This document shows, piece after piece, positions 1-9,569 of a stretch of DNA of 64,000 nt. The DNA is from Patescibacteria group bacterium (GTDB lineage Bacteria > Patescibacteriota > Patescibacteriia > Magasanikbacterales > UBA922). How positions within the stretch are numbered: position 1 is the first letter of the stretch; the number at the start of each line of letters is the position of its first letter. A program made the translations under genes and the position numbers. The notes beneath the pieces are model-generated. The model saw nothing but the letters and a program-made list of their open reading frames with translations, did not search any database and was not told where the DNA came from. Where the stretch lies: assembly GCA_041651535.1 (NCBI GenBank), contig JBAZIZ010000002.1:82059-146058 (forward strand). The letters are read 5' to 3'.

Positions 1-921
1 GATGTAGAATTGTTATTACCAAGTGCTAATTTAGAAACACAAATGGATTTTTTAGAATATCTTTTAAAAAAAGACATTATTCAAGCTTTATCTTTAATTG
101 AAAAAATGGCGGAAGATGGACAAAATATATCTTTTTTTAGCAAATCATTTATTGAATTTTTACATTTCTTTTTATTAGCTAGAGCTGATTTTAATTTAGC
201 AAAAAAACAAATGAATCTAGAAAAAAATACTGAAAAGAAAAGTTTAGAATTATTAAAACTTATAAATAACCAAGAATTAGTAAAATTGATAGATCTTTGT
301 TTAAAAAGAGATGCTGAAATAAAAACTTCTCCATTGCCTCAAATACCTTTAGAACTTTTGATTTTAGAATGGTCACAGATTGATAATCAAAATGAAATAA
401 ATCCAAAAAATAACACAGAAAACACTTTTTTAAATACAGAGATAAAAAAACCCGATATTACAACAAAGACTGTCTTAAAATCTAAAAACAAAGCTGAGAC
501 AGAGTCTTTAAATTCAGTTAACCAAACTGATCAAAAAGAAACAGAAAAAATTTGTGAAAAAGTAAAATCTTTTATTATTGGAAAAAACCGGGATATAAAT
601 TTTGAGGAAATGAAAGCAAAATGGCCAGAATGTTTAAAAAAAATAGAGATTGAATCCCCTTCTTTAATTTTTATCTTAAAAATGGCAGATTTAATAAAAA
701 TAGAAGATAATATTTTAACAGTAGAAGTTTCTTATGAATTTCATCGAGAAAAATTAACCGAAGCCGGTATAAAAAGTAAAATAGAAAATATCTTTTACCA
801 AATATTTGCTGAAAAAATTAAATTAGATGTGAATTTAAATAGTGAAAAAAAACAAGATATAGTAGAACCTCAAAGTGATATCCAAAATCTAGCTTCGGCT
901 CTAGGTGGAGAAATAATTTAA
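1..921 (+). CDS. dnaX: DNA polymerase III gamma/tau subunit, C-terminal part (gene begins before window)
   Basis: Open frame from base 1. Domain III-like segment ('SPLPQIPLELLILE'), low-complexity linker and C-terminal domain ending 'LASALGGEII', typical of DnaX. Confidence 0.85.
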   Translation, partial: DVELLLPSANLETQMDFLEYLLKKDIIQALSLIEKMAEDGQNISFFSKSFIEFLHFFLLARADFNLAKKQMNLEKNTEKKSLELLKLINNQELVKLIDLCLKRDAEIKTSPLPQIPLELLILEWSQIDNQNEINPKNNTENTFLNTEIKKPDITTKTVLKSKNKAETESLNSVNQTDQKETEKICEKVKSFIIGKNRDINFEEMKAKWPECLKKIEIESPSLIFILKMADLIKIEDNILTVEVSYEFHREKLTEAGIKSKIENIFYQIFAEKIKLDVNLNSEKKQDIVEPQSDIQNLASALGGEII

Positions 922-928
922 AATATAT

Positions 929-956
929 TAAAAACACCGTTAACATGGTGTTTTTT
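929..956. terminator. Bidirectional intrinsic terminator between dnaX and tRNA-Thr
   Basis: AAAACACCG-TTAACA-TGGTGTTTT hairpin flanked by A and T tracts between convergent genes. Confidence 0.75.
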
Positions 957-957
957 G

Positions 958-1028
958 AGCCCTCTATCAGAATCGGACTGATATTTATGGTTTACGATAC
1001 CACCGTTCTACCATTGAACTAAGAGGGC
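958..1028 (-). tRNA. tRNA-Thr(CGT)
   Basis: Cloverleaf on minus strand: acceptor GCCCTCT/AGAGGGC, D arm GTTC/GAAC, anticodon arm GTGGT-ATCGTAA-ACCAT, T arm ATCAG-TCCGATT-CTGAT. No encoded CCA. Confidence 0.9.
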
Positions 1029-1063
1029 TTTTGGGAGAGATAAATAAAAAATACTTAAAAAAA

Positions 1064-2062
1064 TTAAAGTTGTTTTACAAATTCAATTTCTTCATCATAT
1101 TCAGGCAAAACACAAAAAGTCATAACTTGGCAATCAGCTGGATTTTTTATTTGTTTTTTATTAACACAAATTACAGTTTTTTCTGACCATTTTACACATT
1201 CTTCCATACAACTATCAAAAGCATCTTTTATATCAACTTCAGTCACATCTTCAGTATAACTAGCACAATCAGAATATTTTTTACAAGCTTCATTACAACT
1301 ATTAGAAATAATTTCTTTTTCATTGCTATTATTTTTTTCATCTTCACAAAGAGATTTTAAAGCAATAAGTTTTTCTACAATTTGTCTTTCAATATTTTCA
1401 ATTTCTGGCAAGACAGGAAGTTTGGGAATTTCATTTTTTGTATTATCAAAATAATTACCATCGGACAATTCTGGGACTTCTGAGCCAGGAATAGGTTCGA
1501 CAATTATATTATCTTCATTAATTTCTGGTAATTCGGGCACTTGATCAAAATAATTACCATCGGACAATTCTGGGACTTCTGAGCCTAATCGTGGATCATT
1601 ATTTGGATAATAATCTAATAATTCAGGAGTCTCTGAACCTGGGATAGCTTCTACGACTATATTATCTTCATTAATTTCTGGTAATTCGGGCACTTGATCA
1701 AAATAATTACCATCGGACAATTCTGGGACTTCTGAGCCAGGAATAGGTTCGACAATTATATTATCTTCATTAATTTCTGGTAATTCTGGAATAAAATTAG
1801 ATTCTTTTTCTGATTCAATAATTTTATTTTTTCTAGTTTGCAAATCTTCTAATCGATTTTCAAAATCTTTTATAGTATTTGCTATTATTTTTGGATTATC
1901 ACAATTATTAATAGCAGAAATATCATTTAACAGTTTATCATAATCAGAAAGAAGGGATTCAGGAAAATCAGTATCCTTTTTTGTTTCTGGTAAAAACAAA
2001 AAAGCACTGATTGCAATTATTGATATTCCGCTAATAATTGAAAATATTTTTCCAATAGACAT
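1064..2062 (-). CDS. Membrane-anchored acidic repeat protein with C-terminal Cys-rich domain
   Basis: N-terminal hydrophobic helix, ~33-aa Pro/Glu-rich repeats, 8 Cys in the C-terminal ~65 aa. Candidate promoter TTGACT-N17-TATTAT upstream. Confidence 0.7.
   Translation of the reverse strand: MSIGKIFSIISGISIIAISAFLFLPETKKDTDFPESLLSDYDKLLNDISAINNCDNPKIIANTIKDFENRLEDLQTRKNKIIESEKESNFIPELPEINEDNIIVEPIPGSEVPELSDGNYFDQVPELPEINEDNIVVEAIPGSETPELLDYYPNNDPRLGSEVPELSDGNYFDQVPELPEINEDNIIVEPIPGSEVPELSDGNYFDNTKNEIPKLPVLPEIENIERQIVEKLIALKSLCEDEKNNSNEKEIISNSCNEACKKYSDCASYTEDVTEVDIKDAFDSCMEECVKWSEKTVICVNKKQIKNPADCQVMTFCVLPEYDEEIEFVKQL
1445..1787. repeat. Intragenic near-identical tandem repeats (~99-bp unit, one partial/diverged unit)
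   Basis: ATCAAAATAATTACCATCGGACAATTCTGGGACTTCTGAGCC occurs three times; encodes PELPEINEDNIIVEPIPGSEVPELSDGNYFD. Confidence 0.9.
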
Positions 2063-2130
2063 AATTTTAATTTAAAAATTATTATAATATAATACTCTTT
2101 TTATATTTACTAGTCAAAAAATTTTTTATA

Positions 2131-2303
2131 AAAAAAGTCCACCGAAGCGGACTTTTGTATGTTGAAACCAATAAAGAACAAAAAACGGTGGTAGGTCTTA
2201 AAAACCATGACATAACCTCACAAGCTCAAAAAGAACTTGCGTATGAAATTTGCTTTTGCAAAATTCATAACCACCAAAAGGTACGTCTCTCAGACATGAG
2301 ATG
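2131..2303 (-). ncRNA. Candidate structured ncRNA (~170 nt, four-way junction), family unknown
   Basis: TTGACA(2337-2332)-N17-TATCTT(2314-2309) promoter with extended TG. Four helices with G-U pairs only on the minus strand. Terminator GTCCGC-TTCG-GTGGAC-T6. Confidence 0.55.
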
Positions 2304-2557
2304 ATATAAAGATAACACAGAAAAAAAATTTTGTCAATATCCTATACTTTTTTATAAAAAACCAGTCTTTTACGAACTAGATCTTGACAAAATCTTTAAT
2401 CTATGAGATTATATAGTCCAACTTAGAATTTAATATTTTTATTATTAGATTCTGTACTTCGGAAAAAGTCTGTCATAAGTATTATATCACAAACTTTTTA
2501 GGTACACTTTACAAAAAGTTTTGATTTTTATTTAAAAAAATCAAATATAATAATTAT

Positions 2558-4279
2558 ATGACAACATTTAGAGAACTTGGCTTAAATTCAGATTTGATAA
2601 AAAGCCTTGAAGATTTAGGTTTTAGCGAACCTACTCCTATTCAGGAAAAAACAATTCCTTTTATTTTAAATTCAAAAAAGGATTTAATCGCTTTAGCTCA
2701 GACTGGTACTGGTAAAACCGCGGCTTTTGGTTTACCTATTTTAAATCAAATTGACAAAAATAATCGTAATCTACAAGCTATTATTCTTTGTCCAACTAGA
2801 GAACTTTGTTTACAAATTACTCAGGATTTAAAAAAAATGGCTAAATATTCCAAAGAAAATATTATTGCTATTTATGGTGGGTCTAGTATTGAACTGCAAA
2901 TTAGAGCAGTGAAAAATCGAGCTAATATTATAGTTGGTACTCCTGGTCGTGTTCATGATCTGATTCGACGACGTATTTTAAATTTACAAACAATAAAATT
3001 TTTAGTTTTAGACGAAGCTGACGAAATGCTTGATATGGGTTTCAAAGATGATTTAGACGCTATTTTAGATGAAACACCTGAAACTAGACAAACACTGCTT
3101 TTTTCAGCCACAATCAGTAAAAGTGTCCGTTTGATTGCTAAAAATTACATGCAAAACGCTGAGGAAATTAGTATTGGAAAAAATAATATCGGGGCAGACA
3201 AAGTTAGTCATGAATATTATGTGGTTGATGCTAATAAACGTTTTGAAGCTTTAAAAAGAATTTTAGATTCTTTACCAGGAGTTTATGGCATTTTATTTTG
3301 TCGTACTAGAAATGAAACTCAAGAAATTGCGGCAAAATTAAAACAAGCTCATTATGACACTGAGGCTCTTCATGGCGATGTTTCACAGTCGATGCGCAGT
3401 AAAATTATGGCTGATTTTAAAAATAAAAAAAGAGGTTTGCTGGTAGCTACTGATGTTGCAGCTCGTGGTATAGATATTTCTGATTTATCTCACGTGATAA
3501 ATTATAATTTGCCTGATAGTGACGAATCTTACACTCATAGAAGTGGTCGTACAGGAAGAGCGCAAAAAACAGGAATTGCTATTTCCATTGTGAGTCCAAG
3601 AGAAGTTCGCCGTATTAAAGATATTGAATATATAATAAATAAAGAAATTGAATATAAAAAAATTCCAGATGGAAAAGAAATTTGTCAAATACAAATCAAA
3701 AATTTTATTGAGGAAATTGAAAAATCAAATATTAAAGATTTTACTGACGAAGAATTTTTTTCTGAAATTAATAAAAATTTAAAAAAAACAAAAAAAGAAG
3801 ATTTGATCAGACATCTTATTTCTTATCGTTTTGGTCATTTGCTCAATTATTATAAAGATTCTTACAACTTAAATGTTCGGGTACCTGATGTTCGAAGCAA
3901 AAAAGATGGTCCATTAAAAGAAGGTGTTGATTTAAAAATAAATCTAGGAAAAGCACATGGTTTTGATATTCAAGCTTTATTTACTATAATCAACTCAAAT
4001 AAAAATTTAAATGGCATGGAAATTGGAAAAATTTCTCTTATGCCTGAATTTTCTTTTTTTGCTGTTGAAAAAGAACAAGCTGCAGAAGTAATTCAAACTC
4101 TTAACGGTCAAAAATTCCGTAATCATGAAATAGAAATAGAAACTGATGTTGAAATAAAAGATAATTCAAAAACCTATAAAAAAAGATCTGAGCATAACAA
4201 TTATAACAAAAATCATAGATCAAGAAATAGATCTTTTAACAGAAGAAGATTTGATTCACACCGAAGAAAAAGATATTAA
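2558..4279 (+). CDS. deaD: DEAD-box RNA helicase (DeaD/CshA-like) with C-terminal DbpA-type RNA-binding domain and Arg-rich tail
   Basis: Q motif PTPIQ, AQTGTGKT, PTREL, DEAD, SAT and HRSGRTGRA motifs. Confidence 0.9.
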   Translation: MTTFRELGLNSDLIKSLEDLGFSEPTPIQEKTIPFILNSKKDLIALAQTGTGKTAAFGLPILNQIDKNNRNLQAIILCPTRELCLQITQDLKKMAKYSKENIIAIYGGSSIELQIRAVKNRANIIVGTPGRVHDLIRRRILNLQTIKFLVLDEADEMLDMGFKDDLDAILDETPETRQTLLFSATISKSVRLIAKNYMQNAEEISIGKNNIGADKVSHEYYVVDANKRFEALKRILDSLPGVYGILFCRTRNETQEIAAKLKQAHYDTEALHGDVSQSMRSKIMADFKNKKRGLLVATDVAARGIDISDLSHVINYNLPDSDESYTHRSGRTGRAQKTGIAISIVSPREVRRIKDIEYIINKEIEYKKIPDGKEICQIQIKNFIEEIEKSNIKDFTDEEFFSEINKNLKKTKKEDLIRHLISYRFGHLLNYYKDSYNLNVRVPDVRSKKDGPLKEGVDLKINLGKAHGFDIQALFTIINSNKNLNGMEIGKISLMPEFSFFAVEKEQAAEVIQTLNGQKFRNHEIEIETDVEIKDNSKTYKKRSEHNNYNKNHRSRNRSFNRRRFDSHRRKRY

Positions 4280-4286
4280 TTATTCT

Positions 4287-4313
4287 AAAACATCGCTTTA
4301 AGCGATGTTTTTT
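4287..4313. terminator. Bidirectional intrinsic terminator
   Basis: AAAACATCGCT-TTA-AGCGATGTTTT between convergent genes. Confidence 0.8.
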
Positions 4314-4333
4314 GTTAAAATATTTTTTTATTT

Positions 4334-7300
4334 TTATTTATTTTTTTCTATTGCGATATCTTTACTAATAGCTGATTCGTCATTTTCTGCAATATTTATA
4401 TTTTCTAATTTTCTTTCTTTAAACCCTTCTTTTTCAACTGTCAGATAATAATTATTTTTTCCAGCTAAAAATGAATAACGTCCTTTATTGTCTGTAACTT
4501 GAGTGCTGATAAGTTTATTAAATTTACTATCATAAAGTCTGATAATAGCTTTAGCCAAAGGTTTTTTTGTATCTTTATCAAAAATAATACCATAATTTTT
4601 GAATTTTTTCTGACTAGAAAATTTCTTATACAAAATATAAAATAAAATTTGTACTGCTAATAAAATTCCGACATATAAATTTGGTTTTACCACCATAGCT
4701 AAAATACCAACTACCAAAGAAACGCTAATAATCAGATGTCTAATATCAGTCAACAAATTGCTAATGATAATACGACGTGGAGTTTTATTTGCACCGACAG
4801 GATCAATCGGAATATTTTGAATAATTGCTGAAGTATTTTCATCAATATGAATTGGGGCTCCATGATAAATATTTTGGAAACTTGTGTCTTCACTAATATC
4901 TTGTAAAATTTTTGTTGGATAAATAAAATTCGCAGTTGCAACCACAATTCGGTAAATTCCTGGTTCAGCAAAAAATTTATAACGACCTTTACTATCAGTA
5001 ACTGCTGTTTGTACGATACGATCAGTCTTATCATCAACAAGTCTAACTGTAATTAAATCTACTGGCATTTTATTTAAAGAATTGTAAACTATTCCCCACT
5101 CTTTTCTTTTTTTCTTACTAAATAAAGTAAAAGGCAATAAAACTAAAGCTCGCAGATAACTAAGCAAACTTAAAAAAGATAAAGCTGGAACAGCTAAAGC
5201 TAAAGTTGTCGCAATAGCCGCTGGCGCCACTACTCTTTCTACTGTTTTTTCAATTTTTGGATCATTAAAAGAATCAATTACATTACCCGCAGTTTGTGTT
5301 CCGACATCAGCAAGATATCCAGCCTTTTCCGCTACTGTAATTTCTGGATCAAGTAAATTAATTTTTTTAATTAAATTAAAATTACGATTAACAATGAAAT
5401 TATCAACAGTAAAACCGCTAGTTTCACTGATTAAATAACCATCTTTTTTTACAGTAAGTTTATAAGCACCGTTTGGAACTGTAAAACCATAAAAACCATT
5501 TTCATCAGTTTCTACAGTTTGAATCAATTTGTATTTATTTTCTCCAGATAATTGTTGCAAAGTTACTACTGCTCCATCTATATTTTCAAAATCGTTATCA
5601 ATTTGACTGACAATTTTTCCATAAGGCAAAACAAAAACTGAAAAAGGTAAAATTTCTTCGCCGTCTGTGCCATGTTCTATTTTTATTAGTGCGCTATATG
5701 AACTGACTGCAGTTGGTGCTAATAAATCAGCAATATACATTTGACTACCTTGATCAAAATATAAATCATAGCTAGTATCTTTGAAATAAAGTTTAGCTGA
5801 TTTTATAGTTGCAGGAATTTTTGTAGTATTAACTGAAATACCTAGAGAAGAACCAGCTAAAACACTAACACTATTATAAGAATTTAAACGAGCATTTATA
5901 GTACGATTTGCTAAATAAACTTTTACATCACTAATATCTAAAACAGCTCCAACTGGTAAATGATATTCGCTATTATCCAAAGCATTTTCACAATCATTAT
6001 CATTTAAATCAACAAGTCCATCGCCATCATTATCAATTCCATCCTGACATTGAACTAAAATTATTGTATTATTTTCAAAAATAGTATTAGTGTCTGTTTC
6101 AGTTATAATTTTATCTTCACAAGTATTATCACTTAAAACATATTCGTTATTATCAGTTGGATCCACACAACCATTATCACTTAAATCAATAAATCCATCA
6201 CCATCATTATCAATTCCATCATTACACTGTGTTTCACAATTTCCACAAGTTCCTGGGTTTTCTTCACCACTATTATTTACTTCTGAATTATCATCATAAT
6301 TTTGACAACCTAAATCATTTAAATCAATAAGTCCATCACCATCATTATCAATTCCGTCATTACAAGCAGCTAAATATTCATTATTATCCACTGAATCATA
6401 AACTCCATTTAAATAACAACCAGAATCTTGATTATCAATTCGGCCATCACCATCATTATCAATTCCATCAGCACAATCTTTTATTTCAGCACAAGTTTCT
6501 GGATTACAAACATTATCATCGTATTCACTATTGTCAGTTGAATCATAAACTCCTGCTTCATTTTGACAGCCTGGATCCAGTTCATCAATAAAATTATCAC
6601 CATCATTATCTTGATTATCTGCACAATCTGTAATTGTTTCATCACCACCACTACAACCTAAATCAGCACAAGATAAATCATTAAAATAATAACTAACAAA
6701 TTTATTATTACCGGCTTTATCAGAAACAGAAACAGTCCAATCAACTTTTCTTTCTGAAACAAAATCAGTATCTTGATTAACTGTTATTGAATACAAATTA
6801 TCATTTATTTTTTCTGAAATTACATTGACTGAACCTGACCAACCAATTTGACTAACAGATACTTCTAAAGTATTTACATCAACTCCTGAACCGCCACTAT
6901 CAGAAATTTGAAAAGTAATTGGATCAGAAACTTTATGATTTGGTTTTTGATTGGCTGGATTAACATTTATTATTTGTGGTGGAGTTGATTCGCAAAAACC
7001 AGATTTTACTGTATAAGAGGCGCCACTAACTGAATTTAAAATATTTTCACTATTAACTGCATCAGCAATTTTTGAAGTAATAATTTCTGAAGAATTAAAG
7101 CGAATTGTCAATTCTTTTGTTTCTAATAAACTTGCACTTCTGACTGTAATTCTAGCAAAACGTAAATTTGAACCACTTTTATTTCCACCATAACCCACTA
7201 AACCAATAACTTTATTTCCAGAAACCACAGGGCTCGGTAAAATATCTGGTGAACTATAAGTATTAAAAAGTCCACCACCGCTGATAGAAATTGATTCACC

Positions 7301-7519
7301 AGAACCAACAAAATCATGTTCAATATAAATTTGAGCTCCATTTGTACTTTCTCCACTGTCAGTATTTATAAAAACATCAATGGTTTTACTACAACCACTG
7401 CCTCCCATAGCTGTCAGATCACCACTGGCTGGAGAAACAAAAAAACTTGCAGCTTCAACATTTGAAGCAAAAAATATTCCAACTGCAAATATAATTACTA
7501 AAAAAAATTTTTTAAACAT
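4334..7519 (-). CDS. Secreted/membrane protein: cohesin-like N-terminus, five C-x-DGIDNDGDG-x-ID Ca-binding repeats, carboxypeptidase-regulatory-like beta-sandwiches, TM helices
   Basis: Signal peptide, repeated CxD(G/N)xDNDGDxxxDxxDxxC, 'TDxxGxYxF' motifs and hydrophobic segments near the C-terminus. Confidence 0.7.
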   Translation of the reverse strand: MFKKFFLVIIFAVGIFFASNVEAASFFVSPASGDLTAMGGSGCSKTIDVFINTDSGESTNGAQIYIEHDFVGSGESISISGGGLFNTYSSPDILPSPVVSGNKVIGLVGYGGNKSGSNLRFARITVRSASLLETKELTIRFNSSEIITSKIADAVNSENILNSVSGASYTVKSGFCESTPPQIINVNPANQKPNHKVSDPITFQISDSGGSGVDVNTLEVSVSQIGWSGSVNVISEKINDNLYSITVNQDTDFVSERKVDWTVSVSDKAGNNKFVSYYFNDLSCADLGCSGGDETITDCADNQDNDGDNFIDELDPGCQNEAGVYDSTDNSEYDDNVCNPETCAEIKDCADGIDNDGDGRIDNQDSGCYLNGVYDSVDNNEYLAACNDGIDNDGDGLIDLNDLGCQNYDDNSEVNNSGEENPGTCGNCETQCNDGIDNDGDGFIDLSDNGCVDPTDNNEYVLSDNTCEDKIITETDTNTIFENNTIILVQCQDGIDNDGDGLVDLNDNDCENALDNSEYHLPVGAVLDISDVKVYLANRTINARLNSYNSVSVLAGSSLGISVNTTKIPATIKSAKLYFKDTSYDLYFDQGSQMYIADLLAPTAVSSYSALIKIEHGTDGEEILPFSVFVLPYGKIVSQIDNDFENIDGAVVTLQQLSGENKYKLIQTVETDENGFYGFTVPNGAYKLTVKKDGYLISETSGFTVDNFIVNRNFNLIKKINLLDPEITVAEKAGYLADVGTQTAGNVIDSFNDPKIEKTVERVVAPAAIATTLALAVPALSFLSLLSYLRALVLLPFTLFSKKKRKEWGIVYNSLNKMPVDLITVRLVDDKTDRIVQTAVTDSKGRYKFFAEPGIYRIVVATANFIYPTKILQDISEDTSFQNIYHGAPIHIDENTSAIIQNIPIDPVGANKTPRRIIISNLLTDIRHLIISVSLVVGILAMVVKPNLYVGILLAVQILFYILYKKFSSQKKFKNYGIIFDKDTKKPLAKAIIRLYDSKFNKLISTQVTDNKGRYSFLAGKNNYYLTVEKEGFKERKLENINIAENDESAISKDIAIEKNK

Positions 7520-7587
7520 ATAATTTTATTTTATTTTGCGTTTAAAAATTGTTAACTATTAAAAATTAAAAATTTTCAAAAGTAAAA

Positions 7588-8715
7588 TTATGGCAAAAGA
7601 TCACCTTGCATATTAAAATTAATAAGAACAATTGAAACATCTGAAATATCAGTTATTCCATCTCCATTTAAATCAGTATCTAAATCATTTAATTGATTAA
7701 ATTTTACATCCTCAGCCGAAAGATCCAGAACATCAACAATATTATCTTTTAATCCTGGCCAATCTCCTTGGGTATCACCAGCGTAAAGATAATAAGAACC
7801 CCAAGAATTTAAAATTGTACTATCTGTAAAATTTAAAATCAATTCACTAGTGTCCGCAGTAATATTTACTCCACTAATTTTTTTTGCTAAATGAGAACGT
7901 CCTTTTAAAAAAACAGAGAAATTATTATAAATTGGCAGACTAATATTAAGATTTTTATAATAACCGCTATTATCTAAATTTATTTGAACAATTTTAAAAA
8001 TTTCATGCGCAGAATTATCAGAAAAAACAAGTAAGGCTGGTAAAGAATAGTTATTTCCACCAACTCTTTTGTCTGGTCGGGCGTAAACTTCTAAACTTAA
8101 ACTTTTTTCTGGCAAAACAACTAAAGTTTCGAATTCACCAGTCGCAAAAACATAATTATTAGATGCATCATTACAACGAATTTGATAAAAATATTTTTTA
8201 GCTGATTCCAAGCCATTTAATTCTATCCAAAAATTTGAATTGTTATTATAAACCGCAGTATTTAAAGAATAAGACGTATCCAAACCATAATTAAAAACAC
8301 ATACTGGCAATTCTGGATTATTATCAACTGCTGACCAAGAAACTTTAGCATAAGTTAAACTACTAGAAGAAAAAATATTTGTTATTGTTGGTGGGGTTGT
8401 ATCTGCACTAGGTCCACCACCACCACAAGTATTTGTACACGCAGAACTATTTAAAGTACAATCACTTTCACAAGATAAAGTTCCACAAACAAAAGAAAAA
8501 TTAAAACAAGTTCTTCCGTTTAAATCTAAACCATCACATTCTTCTCCACCTTCAACAATACCATTACCGCAAACAGCTGAGCCAGCAGGTACAGAAAAAT
8601 TTATATTTAAATTAGAGCTAGTCGCAGTTCGGGTAATCGCAATTCCCAAAAAAACTCCGCCAAAAAATAACAGAGAAAAAAACAAACCAAAAATAAAAAA
8701 TTTTTTATTTTTCAT
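7588..8715 (-). CDS. Secreted protein with Cys-rich CGNG-x-EECDG repeat, FN3-like domain and C-terminal dockerin-like EF-loop pair
   Basis: Likely ATG at 8715 (MKNKKFF...). Contains 'CGNGIVEGGEECDG' and 'DLNGDGITDISDVSIVLINF'. Confidence 0.65.
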   Translation of the reverse strand: MKNKKFFIFGLFFSLLFFGGVFLGIAITRTATSSNLNINFSVPAGSAVCGNGIVEGGEECDGLDLNGRTCFNFSFVCGTLSCESDCTLNSSACTNTCGGGGPSADTTPPTITNIFSSSSLTYAKVSWSAVDNNPELPVCVFNYGLDTSYSLNTAVYNNNSNFWIELNGLESAKKYFYQIRCNDASNNYVFATGEFETLVVLPEKSLSLEVYARPDKRVGGNNYSLPALLVFSDNSAHEIFKIVQINLDNSGYYKNLNISLPIYNNFSVFLKGRSHLAKKISGVNITADTSELILNFTDSTILNSWGSYYLYAGDTQGDWPGLKDNIVDVLDLSAEDVKFNQLNDLDTDLNGDGITDISDVSIVLINFNMQGDLLP

Positions 8716-9565
8716 ACTTTGTTCTTTTGTAAAAAATAAAACCAATTAAAGATATAATTAAAATCAATATCAATCCTATTGACCAAAAAGGTAAATAAAC
8801 AAAATCTATTTGTGAATTTATTTTTTGTCCAGTTAAACCATAATCAATCGCAATTTCAGCATGATAAAATCCTGGCCAAAATATATTATTATTTTTTTCT
8901 ATGTCTATATCAGAATTACGAATTGCTCCAGCAAAAATTTTATCACCTAAATTTAATTTTTGAGAAAATTTTTCTTGCTTAAAGATATTTCTTAATTTAA
9001 TTTCTCCTGCAAAAGGAGTGGCTACATTTCCTTCATTTTTCAAAGCTAAATAAAAAGAAAAATCATTATTAAAAAATATTTTTTTGTTTGTTATAAATTT
9101 AAGCAAAGAAAATTTTTCTTGTACTTGTCCAGCAATTTCTAAATCTAAGATTGAAAGCAACTGAGTTTGAACATTTTTAGAACTAATTTGTGTGACTGAT
9201 AAACCTGCAAAATGAGAACCAACATAAAAATCATTTGGAATTATCAAAGAAAAATTTATTATTTTTTCTTCACCGGCTTTTAAAAAAATATTTTTTTCTA
9301 AGGGAACAATAATTTTTTTCATGTCTTCGCTAGTAAGTAAATTTAAACTACCATCTTCAGCTTGATCAATATCAAAAACAGCAATTTCATAATTATTGTC
9401 TATTTTTTCATCATTAATAACTTTTAATTGAATTAGTTTTGATTCACCACGTTCCGCAGTAATTAAAATTTTTGCTGGCATAATCCCAAAAGCCTGTACT
9501 CTTGAAATTAAAAAAAAGTTTAAAAATAAGAAAATTATTAAAAATAAACTAAAACGAAATTTCAT
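8705..9565 (-). CDS. Secreted/membrane two-Ig-domain protein resembling DUF916/DUF3324 (WxL-interacting) or pilus-chaperone-like proteins
   Basis: Signal peptide, 'GIMPAKI', 'LKNEGNV' and 'GFYHAEIAIDYG' motifs, C-terminal TM helix plus basic tail. Confidence 0.55.
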   Translation of the reverse strand: MKFRFSLFLIIFLFLNFFLISRVQAFGIMPAKILITAERGESKLIQLKVINDEKIDNNYEIAVFDIDQAEDGSLNLLTSEDMKKIIVPLEKNIFLKAGEEKIINFSLIIPNDFYVGSHFAGLSVTQISSKNVQTQLLSILDLEIAGQVQEKFSLLKFITNKKIFFNNDFSFYLALKNEGNVATPFAGEIKLRNIFKQEKFSQKLNLGDKIFAGAIRNSDIDIEKNNNIFWPGFYHAEIAIDYGLTGQKINSQIDFVYLPFWSIGLILILIISLIGFIFYKRTKYEK

Positions 9566-9569
9566 AAAA

